From contig CAWBFI010000012.1 in NCBI GenBank assembly GCA_963788075.1, positions 109,482-173,481 of the forward strand: DNA of 64,000 nt, read 5' to 3'. The notes beneath the pieces are model-generated. The model was not told where the DNA came from, did no database searches, and was given only the letters and a program-made list of their open reading frames with translations. The DNA comes from an uncultured Actinomycetota bacterium. GTDB lineage: Bacteria; Actinomycetota; Actinomycetes; Mycobacteriales; Mycobacteriaceae. Below are positions 61,100 to 64,000 of this stretch, one piece after another (position 1 is the stretch's first letter; each line of letters starts with the position of its first letter). The position numbers and the translations under genes are program-made.

Positions 61100-62323
61100 T
61101 CAGCGGCGCAATTCAACAACCCACTCACGATCACCACTGGTCGAGATCACTTGTCGGCAAACCGGTTCGCCGCGATTCACACACTGTTGTAGTGGGGTCA
61201 GATCGGGCCGAGACGGGTATGGCGCAGGAGCAATGACAGTCACCATTGCTGGCACCCCAACCGCTAACCACCCCACCGCGGCGGTCACCCACCGGCGGGC
61301 ACCGATCACCGCCACGAGCAACACGATGACAATCGCCGTCGGGACCACAAAATGGCGCTGCCACCACCATGGTCCACGCAGGTAGCCGTAGGCCAACACG
61401 GGTGCGGTCAGCAGCGTGAAGTGCAACAGCCACAACGCTACCGCGGTGCCTCTTAACACCACGACCGTGATCACAACCGCCCCGATACACCAGACCGATC
61501 CCGCCAACCACAACGCTATCCACGGCGATTCCGGTAGGCTCATGTCGCCAAACAGCCAACCCCACCCGATGCGCTCAACCCACACCCGCGGCACATAAAC
61601 CAAGCTTCCGACCGATACCGGCGGCACCGGCGGCACCCGCGGCACTTCGCGAGGCGACAGCAGGAAGATCACACTCTGAACCAACGCCGCCGCCACAGCC
61701 ACACCGACCACAACAAGACTGTGGCGTGACCGCGTCCGCCGCCACCGCCAGATAAACCACGGCACGAAAAACACGATTAACGGGCCACTTAAACCCAAAG
61801 CCGCCACCGCGGCGAGTTCACCAACCCTGCCAACGCCGCTGCGCGGATCATCCGACAGCATCAGCAGCAGCAAACTAATCCCACCCACGAAAATCAGATT
61901 CGCGATATTGCCCAACACCTCCCACAACGGCGGCATAAGGCATAGCAACGCAAACAACACCGCCCGCAGCATCTGGCCGGGAATGATCCAATCAAGCCGC
62001 GCCGACAACGCCGGCGTCAACATCGCCACATGAACCAAAAGCGCAGCAACGGCATACAGGACGGGAGCCGCAGTAACCGGAAACGGCTCAAGCACAGCGG
62101 CAATAATCCGCGGAATCAGATGGAGGTATCCCGCGTAAGGCTCCACAAACGCCGCAACACCATCGTTATGCGCCTGCGAGAGAAAAATCTGACCGTCTTC
62201 ATGGTGAAGTGCCGCGTGCCATAGCCGCGGAATGCCGCGCAGAAACAACAAACAAGCTGCCAACGCCGCGACCGCGGATGCGTTCAGGACTCGATTCGTC
62301 CGCGGCACCTCTGCTGAATTCAC
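61100..62323 (-). CDS. EDG-motif polytopic membrane protein (putative GT-C), copy 2
   Basis: HHEDGQIF, EPYAGYLHLIPR; N-terminal half near identical to copy 1. Confidence 0.7.
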   Translation of the reverse strand: MNSAEVPRTNRVLNASAVAALAACLLFLRGIPRLWHAALHHEDGQIFLSQAHNDGVAAFVEPYAGYLHLIPRIIAAVLEPFPVTAAPVLYAVAALLVHVAMLTPALSARLDWIIPGQMLRAVLFALLCLMPPLWEVLGNIANLIFVGGISLLLLMLSDDPRSGVGRVGELAAVAALGLSGPLIVFFVPWFIWRWRRTRSRHSLVVVGVAVAAALVQSVIFLLSPREVPRVPPVPPVSVGSLVYVPRVWVERIGWGWLFGDMSLPESPWIALWLAGSVWCIGAVVITVVVLRGTAVALWLLHFTLLTAPVLAYGYLRGPWWWQRHFVVPTAIVIVLLVAVIGARRWVTAAVGWLAVGVPAMVTVIAPAPYPSRPDLTPLQQCVNRGEPVCRQVISTSGDREWVVELRR

Positions 62324-62842
62324 CGAGCCTCCGTGTGCAGCCTTACTGTCGGCGTACCGAGCCCACGCAATCCCAACCGCCACACGGCCAAGAATCCGGT
62401 AGCGATGCGGCCCCATGACCGTACCTCAGGCTCGGCAACCTCGTTGCCAAAACCGGCCGCCGCCGGTGGCCCGGGCCCCTGGTTTATGAGGGATCGCCTC
62501 GCAACTTTCGTCGGTTGGTTGCTGAACAGAAAGTGTTGTGGCGCAAAGCTAACGCGCATACTTGTCGTCCAGCGGTGTGGACTCCGGGTGAGTATCTTGC
62601 GATGGATTGGGCCGAGGCTGCGCCCGGGTTGTTAGTATTCTGCGGGGTGCTTACGGCCCCGTTGCCGAAGATCGGGGTAAAAAACCACGGTCAGCCGGCG
62701 AACGGTGCACCGACGTTCCTACACAAGCCTCTGGATAGACCTACCCGCGGTCCTGTCTTGGCCAGATGTCCCGGGCCGCTGGTGCACCGTTTACGGATAA
62801 GTAGGTATTGACTATTGCTCGGAGCTGGTTGGGTTGGGACTT

Positions 62843-64000
62843 CTATGTCGTTTGCACGGCTGTGGGTAGCGAGCTGTCAGCAACAGTATTCTGGGAGCCC
62901 TCCCGATCCGGTGACCGGTCACTGCGACGTAAGGGAGCCGGCTTGCGCGCGTACGAGACGACAATTGCCGCGCACGCAACGAGCCACAGGACCGGCGCGA
63001 GGGCTACCGTAGTGGCAACCACCAGCGTGGCGCCGACTACACCGCCGGCCCCCATCTGCCCCGGGATCGGCGCATAAGTCGATGGGCTCGGCAAGGCGAT
63101 TTGGGCGATGGTTAGCGCCGCGGCCAGACTCACGCAGATACCAACTGCACGGCGGCGATCGCCGAGAGTCTCGAGTCGATCGAAGATTCCTGATCCCGGC
63201 GGCCCGTCTGGGTCCCTGGCCAGCAGCGCAGCGATAGGTAATACGAATATGAGGTAGTAGCGGCTGCTCACCGCGGGAAAGAGGGAGGCGGCGGCTAGGA
63301 GCACGATACCCACCATGACAGGCGGAATGCGCCGGCCAAGAGCCACAACGGACACGACGACGAGAAATAGGACGGCATACCCGAGCAGTGATCGTGGACC
63401 GGCGAGGAAGCCTCCCGGTATGCCGCCCGGGCCCTGGGCCTTGAGGGCGTCGGGGATCCAGAGGAGGCCTTTAGCGAAGGACACGTTATAGAGATCTATG
63501 CGGGATTCGGGCGAACCGTAGTCGAGTATGTTACGGATCGACTGCGTGATTTTTTCTGGAAAGTTTGGCGGCCATAGCAGATACGCCGCGATATTGCAGA
63601 CCGCGGCCCCGGCCACCGTCAGGCTGCCCAATCGCCATTGCCGGGCCGCGAACAACGCGAAAACCAGCACCGCGAACTGTGGTTTCACCAGCGTCGCCAA
63701 GATGATCATGACGACCGCCAGTCGCCAGCGCTGTTGGCACAGCGCCACCAGAAGCACCAGCGCGATCGGCACCACGAAGACTACTGAGTTGCCCCGATCG
63801 ATTGCCATCCACGCCGGAGTGGCCGCGATGCTGCACGCCACGAAGACCACGATCCGCTCCAGCCCGCGTGCTCCCCGCGCCGCCCAGACCGCGGGAGTAA
63901 GGAACGCGATTGTCAGAGCCAGCAGATAACCCAACAGCCCCAGCCGGGGCGCGTGCAACCATCGGCCGAGCAGCCCAAAGGTGAGATGCGGAACCGTGTT
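62843..64000 (-). CDS. GT87/DUF2029-like GT-C glycosyltransferase, paralog 4 (5' end outside the window)
   Basis: IDRGNS, LVKP, same C-terminal RKPAP motif; frame open to the window edge. Confidence 0.8.
   Translation of the reverse strand, partial: NTVPHLTFGLLGRWLHAPRLGLLGYLLALTIAFLTPAVWAARGARGLERIVVFVACSIAATPAWMAIDRGNSVVFVVPIALVLLVALCQQRWRLAVVMIILATLVKPQFAVLVFALFAARQWRLGSLTVAGAAVCNIAAYLLWPPNFPEKITQSIRNILDYGSPESRIDLYNVSFAKGLLWIPDALKAQGPGGIPGGFLAGPRSLLGYAVLFLVVVSVVALGRRIPPVMVGIVLLAAASLFPAVSSRYYLIFVLPIAALLARDPDGPPGSGIFDRLETLGDRRRAVGICVSLAAALTIAQIALPSPSTYAPIPGQMGAGGVVGATLVVATTVALAPVLWLVACAAIVVSYARKPAPLRRSDRSPDREGSQNTVADSSLPTAVQTT

Overview
High-GC mycobacterial DNA (gene order matches M. tuberculosis Rv1491c-mutA-mutB-meaB-lipL). 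The first ~14 kb hold the methylmalonyl-CoA mutase operon, four type II toxin-antitoxin modules and a duplicated lipL. The remaining ~50 kb are a polyprenyl-phosphate-sugar type glycosylation cluster: GtrA, a GtrB-like GT2, four GT87-like paralogs, two intact and one broken EDG-motif membrane protein, and a methyltransferase. This sits where lipooligosaccharide loci lie in related mycobacteria. About 35 kb of nested mobile DNA has split the cluster: IS3, IS21, IS630, IS256, IS1634, IS110/IS1111, two RIT elements, three Tn554-like elements and a large-serine-recombinase element. Nearly every junction can be rebuilt from the sequence. Main observations: (1) the serine-recombinase element carries a DUF5372-like gene whose RBS and ATG are at the opposite end, so the gene is assembled in frame only on circularisation; (2) two unrelated RIT elements share one end architecture (about 90-bp inverted repeats, a 20-bp perfect palindrome, inverted 6-bp spacers) and both sit in the codon of the second catalytic Asp of a DDE transposase; (3) two IS1111-type elements carry short matches to their own target sites at a homologous position of their 3' non-coding regions. 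All protein family calls are from motif recognition, not database searches.
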